Positions 37,201 to 50,000 of a stretch of 64,000 nt of DNA are shown here, piece by piece. Source of the stretch: Marsupella aquatica (Eukaryota > Plantae > Marchantiophyta); NCBI GenBank assembly GCA_973895155.1, contig OZ316895.1, forward strand, positions 22,394,558 to 22,458,557. Direction: 5' to 3'. The notes beneath the pieces are model-generated. The model did not search any database. It was not told the origin of the DNA and saw nothing but the letters and a program-made list of their open reading frames with translations. The position numbers and the translations under genes were made by a program. Within the stretch, counting starts at the first letter, position 1; each line of letters begins with the position of its first letter.

Positions 37201-39849
37201 TCCCAGCTAATTAAGGACCGCATTTGTCGCAGTGTCATGAGCTACACGTTACTTCTTAGTCTGATTGAATACAAGACTCTTGTCTTACGAGGAGATTTGG
37301 AAAGGGCAGAAGAAATTTTGCCCACCATCCCAAAGGAGCACCTTAACAGGTCAGATTGGGTTTTGAGATCTGCACGAAATACCCGATCCAGTTTTGGTGA
37401 AGTGTTAATTGTGGAATCTGCACACTATGACTCCCAATGAAATTCTTTTGCTGTAGTAGTTATTTAAACTCATGGTTTTCTGCATTGCGTTGTGGATGCC
37501 CAGTTTTGTTATTGAAATGAGCTTTCTTTTGAATTGTTTTGCAGTGTGGCCCGATTCTTGGAATCACGGGGCATGTTAGAGGATGCTCTTGAGGTTGCAA
37601 CGGATGCTGACTACAAATTCGACCTGTCAGTTCAACTTGGACGGTTGGATATTGCTAAGGTATGTCCGTTGAGCATCCGTTCGGGTTTTTCCTCCCCAGT
37701 TAAGATTTGTGTTAAGCTGTGTTTTGCCGTCTTCTTTTAGGGAGGAGCAGTTGAGATCTCTTTTGTGCTTATAGTTACACTTGTGTTGTGCTTCTTCTAT
37801 GCCTTCTTGTGGGAAAATGCAACGCACCAAGGTCTGACATTCTAACACATTCACAGGCAATTGCTGAAGAAGCCCAAAGTGAATCGAAATGGAAGCAATT
37901 GGGAGAACTGGCCATGTCTGCTGGACAGGTCAGCACTCAACATATTAGTGTGTGTGAATGTTTTCTGAACAGGCGTTGAAAATTTTGCTCGACCTAGGAG
38001 ATTGAGCTGTGTGCCTTCTGAAGGTACAGATGTCGACAGGTTTGTGTGCACTATCAATTTGTCTCTCCAATTCACTAATTGGTTTCTGCGCGTGGATTTT
38101 TGCAGATTACTGTCGCAAAAGAGTGCCTTGGTCATGCATCAGACCTCAGTGGTCTTCTACTACTGTACTCGGCACTAGGAGACGTACAAGGCTTGGACGA
38201 GCTCGCCGTCACTGCCAAAGAACAGGGCAAAAATAATGTTGCCTTCCTTTGCTTATTCCTCCAGCAAAAACTGGAAGACTGTGTTCAACTTCTTGTGGAG
38301 AGGTATCTCGTTTTACCACCTCTTAACACAAGAATTGACTATTTCAAGAGTAGCCACAAGTGTACTCACATGCAGAACTTCTGTTATCGCGGAGGCCACT
38401 TGGACATTGTCTAATAATGCTTGTCCTTTATTATTGCAGCAACCGGATTCCAGAGGCCGCATTTTTTGCACGGACATATTTGCCAAGTGATGTCTCAAGG
38501 GTAGTTGGACTCTGGCGAACTGATCTTAAAAAGGTTACTCTACATTGCACAGTTTCATCATTTCACCAAATACTTTGGCAATTACCCTTGTAGAGGGTTA
38601 TGAGATTAGAGACAGAAGGAGAAGAATTGTGTGATGGTTTTCCGATTGAGAGGAGATGTCATTATAGGTATCATTGCTTATGCTACGACATATTCTCACG
38701 CTTGTTTCTCTACGCTAAATCCTAAATCTTGCCTTGCAGATCAATCAAAAAGCAGCAGAATCACTGGCTGATCCGCGGGAGTACCCCAATTTATTCCCTG
38801 ATTGGCAGTTAGCACTAGATGTCGAAGAAAGAGTCAAAGAGCAGAGGTAAGAGGATTCACTCTGGGTTACTTTCATGTCAGCAGTCTCCATACAGTTACC
38901 TGTTCGGAAATGTAGATCTAATGCTACTTGTTGCTGCTGAGAATATATTACGTTAGTAATGTTTGGGTAATAGCGCTCTATGCTTGACTCCGTTTGTTTT
39001 CAAAGTATTGGGTACTTGTCAAGAGAGAGCTGATACTGGTGAAGTTATTTTTTCAAACTGCAGGGGTCAATTTTCTTCATCAAAAGAGTACCTGAGCTTT
39101 GTTGACAGCACTAATGCCGACTTGATAGAGGAGCTGAAGGCGGAATCCCTAGGGAATGGTGCCACTTCGAATGGCCATGTTGAACATGAGGTAGGCGCTG
39201 AGTTCCATCTTTCAACAGTTTTTACAGATGCAAGAGTTTGCACCTGTCTTTCTGGTGAACTGAGAAAATGATTCATTTCTACTCATGTGGTTGCGGTAAC
39301 TTCCGAGACTGCCTAGACGTGTAGCTATTGAGTCCAAGCATTTAGTTGCACTGTTACTTCTTAGAAACAGTCTATTTACTGACGAGCAAGCTCAAATAAC
39401 AGCTATCGAGTCAAAGCATTTATTTGCACTGTTACTTCTTAGAAACAGTCTATTTACTGACGAGCAAGCTCAAACAACAACTGTAGTGAGGTAGTGTCAA
39501 AGTTACGGCTGTATGATTCATGTCTGTCAAATCGTAAGGTGTATTGGCTCTTGAGTTGTGACTCCGTGGTTGCTGTTAAGTGTTCTTTTAATCACACTTC
39601 GTTGCTTTGCAGGAGGGGGAATATTATGAAGAGGACTACGAACAGGATGTAGCAGCTGATGCCGGTGTGGAAGACCACTATGTAGAAGCTGAGGGGGAGT
39701 TTGTAGAGACTGTTGGAAATGGGACTGAAGAGGTTGAAGCGGAAGAAGAGGTGCAAGCGGAAGAAGAGGTTGAAGCAGAAGAAGGTGTTGAACAGGGATC
39801 AGTGGCTCAAGAAGAATGGGGTGTGGATCCAGAGGAGTCGGCAGATTGA
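30336..39849 (+). CDS. COPB2: Coatomer subunit beta' (beta'-COP)
   Basis: About 24 coding exons: ATG 30336-30338, 32030-32050 (PLRLEIK), 32179-32240 ([17 protein letters not shown]), 32861-33186 ([29 protein letters not shown]), [28 protein letters not shown], acidic last exon 39613-39849. Confidence 0.97.
39323..39478. repeat. 78-bp near-perfect tandem duplication in the last COPB2 intron
   Basis: agctat(t/c)gagtc(c/a)aagcattta.ttgcactgttacttcttagaaacagtctatttactgacgagcaagctcaaa, twice. Confidence 0.92.
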
Positions 39850-40949
39850 GCTGGTACTCTGGCTCCCTAACTTAGGGAAACTAGACGAGGCTGAATTCTC
39901 TTGTTAGTACCACACTATTATCTTAATCCTGTTGTGCAAGTCGAGAATTTGGCTTTCTCGCTGCCTTTTTCTACTAAGCAGTGAGACCAGGCACCTTGCT
40001 TCAGCTCAAGACCGGTGCTTGATTGGTGTGTCCGAATTCAAGCCAGTTCCATGAACTCTCCGCAATGAATGGACTTGTGCTGGCAATATCAACGAAACTG
40101 ACAGGCCCATACAGAAGGTGAACATGGAATGTCGTGGTTTACAAACTGCCAGTATATTTTACCCCTGAATCTGTACAAGAAACGCTCCTGGTAGGTTGTG
40201 ATCTTTGTTTCTCATCAGTAGCAGACTAAGTTGGATGACAAAAGAAGACTCCCAAGGCTTGCTTTTGCTCCTCTGAAGGTCGTGGACTCAATGCCACATC
40301 AACTACTGATTCGAGTGAATACAGTACGAATCTGAATTGATTTTCTGACCGCCAGTCGGACTGTTCAATTGTTTCATTCAATTACATATTACTTGATTGA
40401 TCTTTGATTATATCAGCCTGAAACTTTGTTTATCAACTGTCCCTTGGTTCTGGACATTCCGAACCAATACTATGATTGACTCGACATCGTGCTCTATAGT
40501 TATCTCCATCTAGTTTACTGTTTCCCTTTTATGCGGCCACATTCGGGGCTTCTCGAATCTTGAATTATAAGCAACTCCTTGGACATTATACTCCATTACT
40601 ACACTACCCAAACGTAAATTAATTCAGGTAGATCAGGGCCTGCATGTCTCCAAACACTGTTAGTGAATGGGAAACCTACCCACACTACTACATTTTAAGG
40701 TGAATTCGTCAAAAATGATTGTGTCACATGCTTGCACTCAAGTTTTCGAGGGTAATGTAGACCAACAATTCAAGAGCTGTGTCGTATTGGCCTACGATAC
40801 AAGTTGGGCCCCGTAATCAAATGAGATGCTTTGAAAAGAAAGACAGCAAATAAATAAATGCACAAAACCATAATTCTGATGCAGAAGATTAGGGGCAGAT
40901 TGGCCTCCGCCAATGTGTGCACTGAATGCCCATGCTTTTAGCTCGGACG

Positions 40950-41092
40950 ATTGTTGACCTGGAGGGTAGTTGCAAGGGAGTTTGGGTAACACGTAGGGAA
41001 GGCATGAGAGCCTAGGGACTCATTGTTGACCTGGAGGGCAGTTGCAAGGGAGTTTGGGTAACACGTAGGGAAGGCATGAAGCCTAGGGACTC
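40950..41092. repeat. 72-bp near-perfect tandem duplication
   Basis: attgttgacctggaggg(t/c)agttgcaagggagtttgggtaacacgtagggaaggcatga..gcctagggactc, twice. Confidence 0.92.
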
Positions 41093-41864
41093 AAGGATGA
41101 GCGCTGGACGAGAGTAGGGGCAAGGGAGTCTACATGCAAGGGCAGGTGGGTACATTAGTTGACACAGCCTGGGTGGCACCACATCCAGCCATGGTAGTTG
41201 GTTGTGAGCAACTACCATGACTTCTTGCATAATGAATTGTTTATGTTGCCCCAAGGTCCTTTTTAAGGGGATCCAGCCATAGGCATACTTTGTTCATATT
41301 ATTATTATTATTATTACTGAGGAGGTATTAGTGCCTTCCAAGGCTGAATGAGTGAAACGAGCCCTGTTCCTGACCTAAAAATTCCCTTATTAAAGTGCAA
41401 TAAGAGTATACTTTGATGTTTTTTTCATCAATTTCTTGGACAGGTGAAGCTTTATTTCCCTGAAATTGGAGCTTTATTAATCAAGCTGCCCACAAAGGTG
41501 GACCTCCTGGGAATAGACTACTGAACTTCTTTTGCTTGGTGTATGGCAAAGTTTGCTCCTTTCATGTTAGACTTTAGGCTCACCTTACTCGTAGGCCATT
41601 GATACGGGGGCGGGAACAGGGAATATAACCCAAGCTTTTTTCCTACATTGCTATATGGCGAATCTTTGTTTCAGTCTTCCTAGTTCATTTTTATTTTGTC
41701 ATTATTTTAATTTTAATTTGGCCTATGAGGGCTGTCTTCTTTGTTTTTTCATTATGTTTTCATTATTTCAAAATACTTTGTTTCTCTTTTTTGCACTTAT
41801 ACTCCTTTACACAATTCTTATAGAATTTTGCCCTTCAAAATAATCTTGATGTAAAATAACTGCT

Positions 41865-41935
41865 ACTTGTAGGGCTCGAACCCCCAACCCACCAGATCCC
41901 ACACAAGGCAACCACCATTGTGCTACAGTGTTTGT
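41865..41935 (-). other. tRNA-derived (SINE-head-like) Pol III promoter fragment, not a functional tRNA
   Basis: Minus strand reads TAGCACAATGG (A box) ... GGTTCGAGCCC (B box) at tRNA-like spacing; no good cloverleaf. Confidence 0.5.
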
Positions 41936-42869
41936 GCTGCATATTAGGCATCTGACATGATATTTATTACTTAAATTACTTAAATTTATAAATTCTATGG
42001 CTTGTATGACGCACGCTGTCCTAGATTGATGTGCCTCTATTTTTCACAATAAATTCATTTCTGTACTTTAATTCAAATGATTACTTTAATAAACTAAAAT
42101 AGGATATGATAAGATCATGTTTACATCATTTTCAATAAGTTAAAATAGCAGAGTGTTAGAACCGTGTAGCTATACCCAAAAATGGAACTCTGTATCAAAT
42201 AGAAAGAATTTTGTCTTGAAGGTACTATAACTGAATTTTGTTTCACTCAAGAAAAGAATTTGTCCTTACAAATTTCCCTATCTTAATACTTAAACTGAAA
42301 AAAATATTATAAACCAATGAAGACCTGTCCGTTAGGGTTTTCCAACGACTACCCATTTTTAAAACTCTTTCTCTAACAGATTACAGAGTCAGCTGAGTTT
42401 CTTGGGAAAAGATGAGTGACGATCGCATGAAGATTCTTGGGACTGGCATTAAAGTGTAAAGGATTTTGGATTTTTTGAAAAGTAACCGAAAAGTAACCCC
42501 CATAATTTAACTCAGAATAGCATGGCAGAGTTGACAAGCAGCAGATACAAATGATTGTAACCAGGGCCCGACATGTTTGGACATACAAGGTGGAGAACTT
42601 TATGATGACCTAAAATTGAATATTGAAAGTTTACATGATGGAAGGATGTCTGACGCGCAATATGTGACAAGAAATAAATTGGTTATAAATGGTATTTTTC
42701 CAACATGCATTACATGCCTATCAAATTATCTTTGGTTGGCACAGTTACTGCAAAGGCACATGGCTTACATAAGATATATCCATGTGAAATACCATCACAT
42801 ATCTAACATATTGAAGGAATCTGGGTTGATACTGAAGTTTTAGCACTTTGCTTTATTTCACACAGTCCT

Positions 42870-43400
42870 TGATGTTGTGTGAGATGTTACTACATCCGTA
42901 GTCCCTTGTACAAATGAGGGATGTTGCCATTGTCTTACCAGGTCTGCCACAATAGCAACTACAAAGCTGATTATACCATGATAAGTGATGGTCGACACAC
43001 CTTGGCCAATGTAGTGGTAGACAACCCATTGCATCAGGATATTGTTGGTACAACATCACATGCTGAGGTGAGGCAACATGGCCATTGGCATCAAAGGAGG
43101 GGAAGTATGTGGCACAAGCTCTTTCAAATAGTTCCTTCCCCAGCCATCGCTATTTTTGAAACTGGTCATCCTCTGATTTTTTTGGGGGGGTGGGAGATTG
43201 ATCATTGAGGAGCCATCTTGACAAGGAGCTCCAGACACTCATGCATGAGTGGATTACTCACTAGGAGCACTCTGTCAACCAAGATCAAAGATCAGTGAAT
43301 TTCGAGAGGGCCCATGCCAGAGATCTCTTACAGGAGGCAAGTAAAGGCCCCTCGTCAAAGGCTTGTCCAACTATAAGATATTCAGGTGCCCATATGGACC
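42870..43400 (+). pseudogene. Decayed C-terminal restriction-like endonuclease region of a CRE/R2-type non-LTR retrotransposon
   Basis: KADYTMISDGRHTLANVVVDNP..(frameshift) KEGKY..FPAIAIFETG resembles the R-x-D..D..K-x-x-x-Y..F-P-L-A-x-E-x-x-G signature. Confidence 0.5.
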
Positions 43401-44457
43401 TTGATCAATAGTACCTTAATTTAATCATCTTTATTTATAACAATTTACTTTTATTCCCCGTGAGTCCGGTAGATGGAGGGGCGGGGAGAACCAACAGGCC
43501 TATGAAGGCATATTGGTAACCTGTCAGGGCACTGGTACCTGTATAATAGCATAGTCTTTTCTTGAAGGTTTCGAGATGGTGTAGGTTATTCCTGACACTT
43601 TTTCTTAGGTTCCAGTTGGCCATCTTTTAAGTTTTTATAAGTTAGTTTTGTTGCAGTTGCTTGCACTTTTCAGAAGATTTGTTCTTTCCCTGACAAATAA
43701 GTAGGCCCTTGCTTTGTTTCCACGTTTCCTCTCTCCTGGACCTAGTTGGCATTGGCTTCAATTCCTTATTTTGTCCTTCCATTTTTTTATAACGGGGAAC
43801 TCCAAACGACCTAATTGGTTTCAGGGGAAAACCTCATCTTGTATTTGTAGTTCTGTATTGTTCATTTTATTTCCTATACACTACTGGACTATTGTTGCAC
43901 ATAGCTTTTTCTTCCCAGCTTGACACGCGTCACTCCCATCATGAACGTGTCTCATTTACATGGGCTTCTGCTGACCACTGCCAGAGAGCAAAAAGTCACC
44001 AAATCTGGAGATAGTATCCCAAAGGCAAGTGACCCACTAAAGTACAAGAAAGAAAACAGTCCAAACACCACTTTACCGACAAATGTGCATTGGAGTATAC
44101 ATACAAATCAAACTAACTACGTTACAAAAATTCATTTTCTTTGTATGCACAAAGTAATGTAGTTTCTGCGCTTTACAAAAAAAAATTGCATCGGCCTTCT
44201 ACTAACGAATCAAACTGACCCCTTCACCACAAAAAAGGAGGCAAAAACAACAAAATGGGCCAACTGCTTCAACGAGAGCATGGTCTAAAGCGGGGACCAG
44301 ATCTGTCTTATTTGCATGGGACTTCTCTGGCACCCTAGTTTTCAGCCACCAAGGTACTGTACAGTACAACGAAAGTAAACTCTCTATTCTTCTGTGTTTC
44401 TTTGCCAAAAACACTCTAAATTTCACACAAAAAGTATTTTATGGTTTTGAATAGGAT

Positions 44458-44562
44458 AATATCCTGGTTAGAGGGCATTGTGGAATATAATGCCCTGAAA
44501 AACTAGTGCAGTAGCCCGAGTTTTGAGGATATTATTTTCATAATGCCCATAACTAGGATATT
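44458..44562. repeat. ~105-bp imperfect palindrome (MITE-like hairpin)
   Basis: aatatcctggttagagggcattgtggaatataatgccctgaaaaact pairs with agttttgaggatattattttcataatgcccataactaggatatt. Confidence 0.8.
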
Positions 44563-45451
44563 AATGTACGTAAAAACTTGAGTGACTTTTGGATAACAAA
44601 CAAGAAAAAGTGAATCCCTAAAATAATGAATTCAAATTAAAGGGTCATCCAAGAACTGATTGCTATGAAATTGGTCAAAAATATACTTTCTTTAAATATA
44701 TTAGATTCTATTCATAAATATCTTGTTAGTATCACCATATAAGATTTGGTTATCATCTTGAGATCTTGACTAAATTTAATTATTTTTTTGTGTGGTAAAA
44801 CTATATTTAATTTTAATTTTTACTATATTTATGGTGTTTTGTATAATCCCCTCCTAAAAAAAAAAGTGTATTATGGAGAATTAATGCACTCAAATATACA
44901 AAGAGAAAAGTCATGAAAGTCTTTACTTGACAAAAAGAACACGTTTTGCTTTCTATTCTAAATCTGGAATTTTGTTGCATGGCATTTTGACGATTGCTCA
45001 ATATCTCTATCCCTAAAATTTCAAGCAAATTTTATTCTGCTTTTGTGTCTAAACTTTAACACATATCTATTTTATGATGCACTACGGGTAGCTAACCACA
45101 AATTTTCCAGTTGCCGGCTACTGTACAGCGCTGCCAGTGCTGTAAAGTGCGAAAGTGTAAAACGGTCCCACACTAGTCGACGCCTCGAATGTGCCATGTC
45201 ATGTCCCTGGTCAGAATGACGGAGCATTCCTCCCGGCATGCACCGAAGCGATTCCTCATTCCTGGGTTAGAACTCAGAACCAGCGCGGTTAAAGAAGTAA
45301 CCACACGACCACCGTGGCTGTACAGTAGTGTAACGTGGTGTAAAACTGTAAATGGTTTCACCGACCATCGAAGGAGCGACTCAGCGACGTCCCCGGTCAC
45401 CCGGTCACCCCAGCGCACCTCTGGTCAGTGGTGAGTTCGAGTTCTTACCAC

Positions 45452-45510
45452 AGGCCGGCAGGGGCGGGTCGGCCCGGCCCGGCCCGGCCCCGGACCCGGA
45501 CCCGGCCCCT
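45452..45510. promoter_or_regulatory. GC-rich (GGCCC/GGACCC)n cluster in the WD40 gene promoter
   Basis: tcggcccggcccggcccggccccggacccggacccggcccc; site-II/TCP-like cores. Confidence 0.4.
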
Positions 45511-47061
45511 CTCCGCTCCATGTTCTCCACATTGGTGCTGTTGTTCTTGTTCGTCAACGACGCAGCCACTTGTAGAACATTTCCTCCGCCCCGCCCCTTT
45601 CCATCGATTTGTTTCCATTCATTGCGCTTCGGCCTCCATCGCCATCGAGAGCTTGAACAGGGAGAGAGGGGCATGATTTTCATGCTGGGCCTGAGACGGG
45701 GAGGGTGCGAGGAGCAGGGAAGCGAATGAATGAGAGCTGTTGGTGGATCGTCGACGAGGACGGGAGGCGGGAGCGGAGCTTAATTAATGCGCGGGAATTG
45801 AAAAGGGAGAGAATGTGGAGAAATGGCGGGGAAAGAAAGACGGCGAGATGTTTCTCACAACATTTTTGGATCTGGTGGCGTGTTTAATAATTGTAGATCG
45901 ATTGGGAGGTGGATTGTCGAGTAATTGAAAGGAGGATTTGATCTGCAATATCTTGACAGGATTGATGGTTTTGTGTCTGACTTGACGGGGACGGGTTGAA
46001 GAAGGCGGAACAGGAGGAGGAGGCTGAGCGAGCAGGAGGAGCAGACCGAGAGTGAATTGACTAATGTTTGTATCTCCCACGCATGAATAATTATGGGGGG
46101 AGAGTGGGTCTGTGGCGACCAAGCACGGTTGTACCCGGAAATGAGAACGAGAATGTGGATTCCAGTGCAGGTAGGCTTAGTATCTAGTGGTGGTGCCTGA
46201 CGACGCCGCAGGGGGAGTCGGAGCAGGCGGAGAATCCGGAGGAGATGCGGAGGAGTGAGGACATGAAGGAGTCGTGTGTGCCTACGTGTGTGTGTCTGTC
46301 CTAGGGGAAAAGAGAAGGATGCAATTGAGTATCGGAATGAGATTTAGAAATCAGCAATCGTACATGACAATGATGGATCGAGTGCACTGCGGTGCAGTAC
46401 AGTTCGCTGCTCTATTTCGCGCGGGGAGACTGGACGCCGATGGATCGAACGAGCTTTTGATTATTTGCAGTAGAGGAGGAGAGGGAGTCACAAAGCAAGA
46501 CGTACATCGTAGGTGAGAAAACTGGCCGTTGCGCTGTGATGAGCCGCATGTGGTAGCAGAGGTGCAAAATACTGGCGCATAGATCGGGGCAGTGGAGAGC
46601 CGGGCAGAGGCTCAGACAGGTATATGGAAGCTGTGGATCGATATAGGTAACTTTCGTGCGGGACTGCAATGTATCTACGGGAGAGGATCATCTGCATTAC
46701 GAAATTGGAGGTCGGCTTGATGAATTGATTCATTCCGAGTACTGCATGTGGCTTGCCCTGCGCGTGGAGGGCTTTCCGACAGCCCGACGACATTCGAGCA
46801 GGAGGAGGACGAGAAGTGCATCAGGAATGCCACCAGCAGCAGAAGGAGTCGAGTTCTACGACGGGTCCGCTGCTGGACATGATTTCCTCAGTGTTGCCAC
46901 TATCACTGCCAAGCACGGTCGTGTTGTTATTGCTGTTGTTGCAGTTGGTATTGTCATCGTCTTCGTTGTACAGGACAGGAGATCTCCTGTCATGCCATGC
47001 GGCATCATGGCCCTCCTTGTAATGCTAAAAGCCTAGCAGCCTAGGTGGTAACATGGTATGA

Positions 47062-50000
47062 ATGGAGGTCTTCTCAGATGACGAGTTTTATGAAGCCAGG
47101 GACGACATCTCTTCGACTACCGGCTCAGACGAAAGTCCGGATGAGGATTTCGCCCCGGCCGCGGAGATCAGCGGTAGGCAAGAGCCACAAAGATCCGCCA
47201 GGCGGCAGCAGGGAAGGTCTAGCAAACCACCGAAGCACAATCACCCTCCTCCCCCAGAATGGTTGACGGAATCCCGTTTCTCCGTCTGGCAGGACGGCCC
47301 CAAGTCCATTCAGGAGCGTCGCAGATTGCTATATGAACGATTCGGAATTTTAGGTAGAAACGACGGGAGGAGCGAAGGCGCGGACAATGTGAACGCAAGC
47401 CCTGACGGGCCACATGTTAGATTGACGAGATTCGGGATCAGAGAACATCTATTCCCAGCCAGGAAAGAAGTCGGGAGTAATTGGAATTCCACTGGTGCCG
47501 ACATTGCCTCATCCGACCTCCCCTTCTCGAAAAAAATCAACGGATCGACGACGGATTCTGCTAACAACAATGCGGGGGCAGCAGGGCATTCTGACAGCTT
47601 CGAAGAGAACAATCGTCTCCAGGACGGCGGGGAAAGCTCCCAGGGCAGCCTGAAGAATTTTGATCCTATCACATTGGGGAGATCCCGGTCCGACTCGGCG
47701 GCTCTTTCGGTCGATGGCAAGTTTGGGAATCTCGAAATGGGACGTGCCACTACCCGGTCGGCGAGTGTCTCACCTCAATTTGTGCTCGGGATCGAGAGAC
47801 TGAAGCAAACGAGTGGAGCGGTTCCAAGAGAAGGGGTTAAGAGGGGGCAGTCCACCTCGAAGCCTCCCACCGGCAGTCGGTATATAAGTGCCTCAAAATC
47901 TGTGCCCTCGGACTTGCACAATCTTTTAGCCAAGGATCTTGAGAAGGTGAGCAAGAATGGCACCCGAGCTTTTGCTGTAGACAAGCGAAATGCTCATCTG
48001 AATACCCCCACTGATAACTCTATTACTTCCAGTCCCACTCATGCTTTGGCTACTAGCAGGGAGACCATTTGTGCTGACGGCAGTCCTGTAACATCTCAGA
48101 CTTGGGCCCTTGCTGATGGATCAGATTTGGACCCGTCCAATCGGCAATTATCTTCCAATAATCTTGGAGAATTCGTTGATGCAATACAGGACATTGTTAG
48201 AGAATTGCCCGACCACGATCGGAGCCCATCATTTGATGAGAATAGCAGTGACGTTGCTCTCAAAATTAAGGATCTGGACAGCGGAAAGGAATTTATCATC
48301 AAGGAACGAGGAACAGGTGGAGACACGAAATTGAGGGAATTGGACACAGGGAAGGAGCTGACCCTGGAAGAGTTCGAGAGTTCGTTAGGGCTCTCCCCTG
48401 TCATGCAAGAGGTGAGGAGGAGGGAGAGACAGCAAAGTAGTTTGGACGACGATTATGTTGGCCAAGGGGGCCAGGATTCTACGGCCTCCAGCAAAAAGAA
48501 GAAGAAATCCTTGTGGGTTAGGACAATGAAAGACTTTGCCAAGACAGTTGGAGGAAGTTCCAAGTCGAAATCACAGCAGGATCCTTCTAAGGCGCAAAAT
48601 GAAGGCAGCAGAGGGGAAAGTGGAGGTGAGGACCGAGAAGGATCAGCTGGAAGAGGAATTCCTAGGGAGAATTCAGTTGATAAGAGTTGTAGTAAAGCAA
48701 GGAGCAAGAGGGTTTCGGATGACCCTCCCGAATCGCTTCGTCCTAGGTCACCTCAGCGTGTTAAGGTCCAGGTTTACAAAAAGAATTACAAAGACTTATC
48801 GGATCTGCACATGGGACAGGAAATTCAAGCCCACCATGGTGCCATTTGGACAATGAAGTTTAGTTTGGACGGCCGCTACCTGGCCAGTGCTGGACAAGAT
48901 CGGGTTGTTCATGTGAGGGAGGTGCTCGAGCATCCGTTTTCCAAGGACCCAGGTGCAAGGGATGGACAGGAGCCCAGTGGAGGGAAGGTCGACGCAGCCG
49001 GGGCTGCAACTCCTGAGCACTCGCAGCATTCACAAGAGGGCAGCCAAGGACGTAGAGCAAGTCTTCGCGGGTCTGTAGGGAGAAAGCAGTCCTCCAAGAA
49101 AAGCAGTTCGGCCAAACTTCCAAAGCTATTTTGGCTCTCCGAGACAACACTCTGCTCCTTCAAGGGCCATACTGAAGATGTGTTGGACCTTTCATGGTCC
49201 CGCACAGAGGTATGCTCATGTTTCTTCAACCTTGCTTGTATAGTACCGCAGGTAGGGAGTTAAGGAGTTAACAGCATTGCTCCACTCCAGTGCCAAATCT
49301 GCTACTTTGTGCCTTGCTGTAAATGTATTCTCTTTCTCGTGCTGGACTTCATTTTCTCAGCACGTTCCAAGAGGACCTTTAGTTTAGAAGCTGTTTCCTC
49401 AAGCGATTGTTACCAAGGCTAGCCCAGATACATGCATTGTCTTCCTGAGCCTGGATTACTGAAGAGTCTCCACTGCAGGGCACAGTGCAAACGTCGTGTT
49501 CCGCAATTGCCCTATTCAAAATCAAGGATTTTTTTCTGATCTAGCAGGAAAGTATGAACAGCTATACTATACTTCAGATTATATATCTTAGCCTCGCCTG
49601 AGCTAGTATCGGAAAGGAAGAAATGAGACTTGATGGGTGACCCTGGATGACTGAAGCGTATCCAATATAGGTCCCAGTGCAAACGATAGATACCACATTA
49701 ATGCCCATACGAAATCAAGAATTATTTTCTGATGTGGAACAGCTACATTATAGGCATGGATGAGAAACGAAGGGCACGATTCTTTGGTTTTGGGCAATCC
49801 AGATGTCAGGTCACATTTCATGGTACTGGGGAGCAGGAACCGGTATTTAATATGTAGGCCAATATCCGTTTACTTTCAGTCGCATGGGTAATCTGAAACT
49901 AATTCTGCCAAGTTTTGTAGACATTAGGGACTCGCAATGGGCTTGGTTTATGAAAGTAAGTAAGATCAATATCTTTAGTTCTGAGGAATGACCATTTAGG

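Noticed and set aside
47310-49229. Multiple antisense ORFs over the WD40 exon 1 (likewise over DCP5 exon 4 and gag)
   Set aside because: Typical shadow ORFs of long GC-balanced coding exons.
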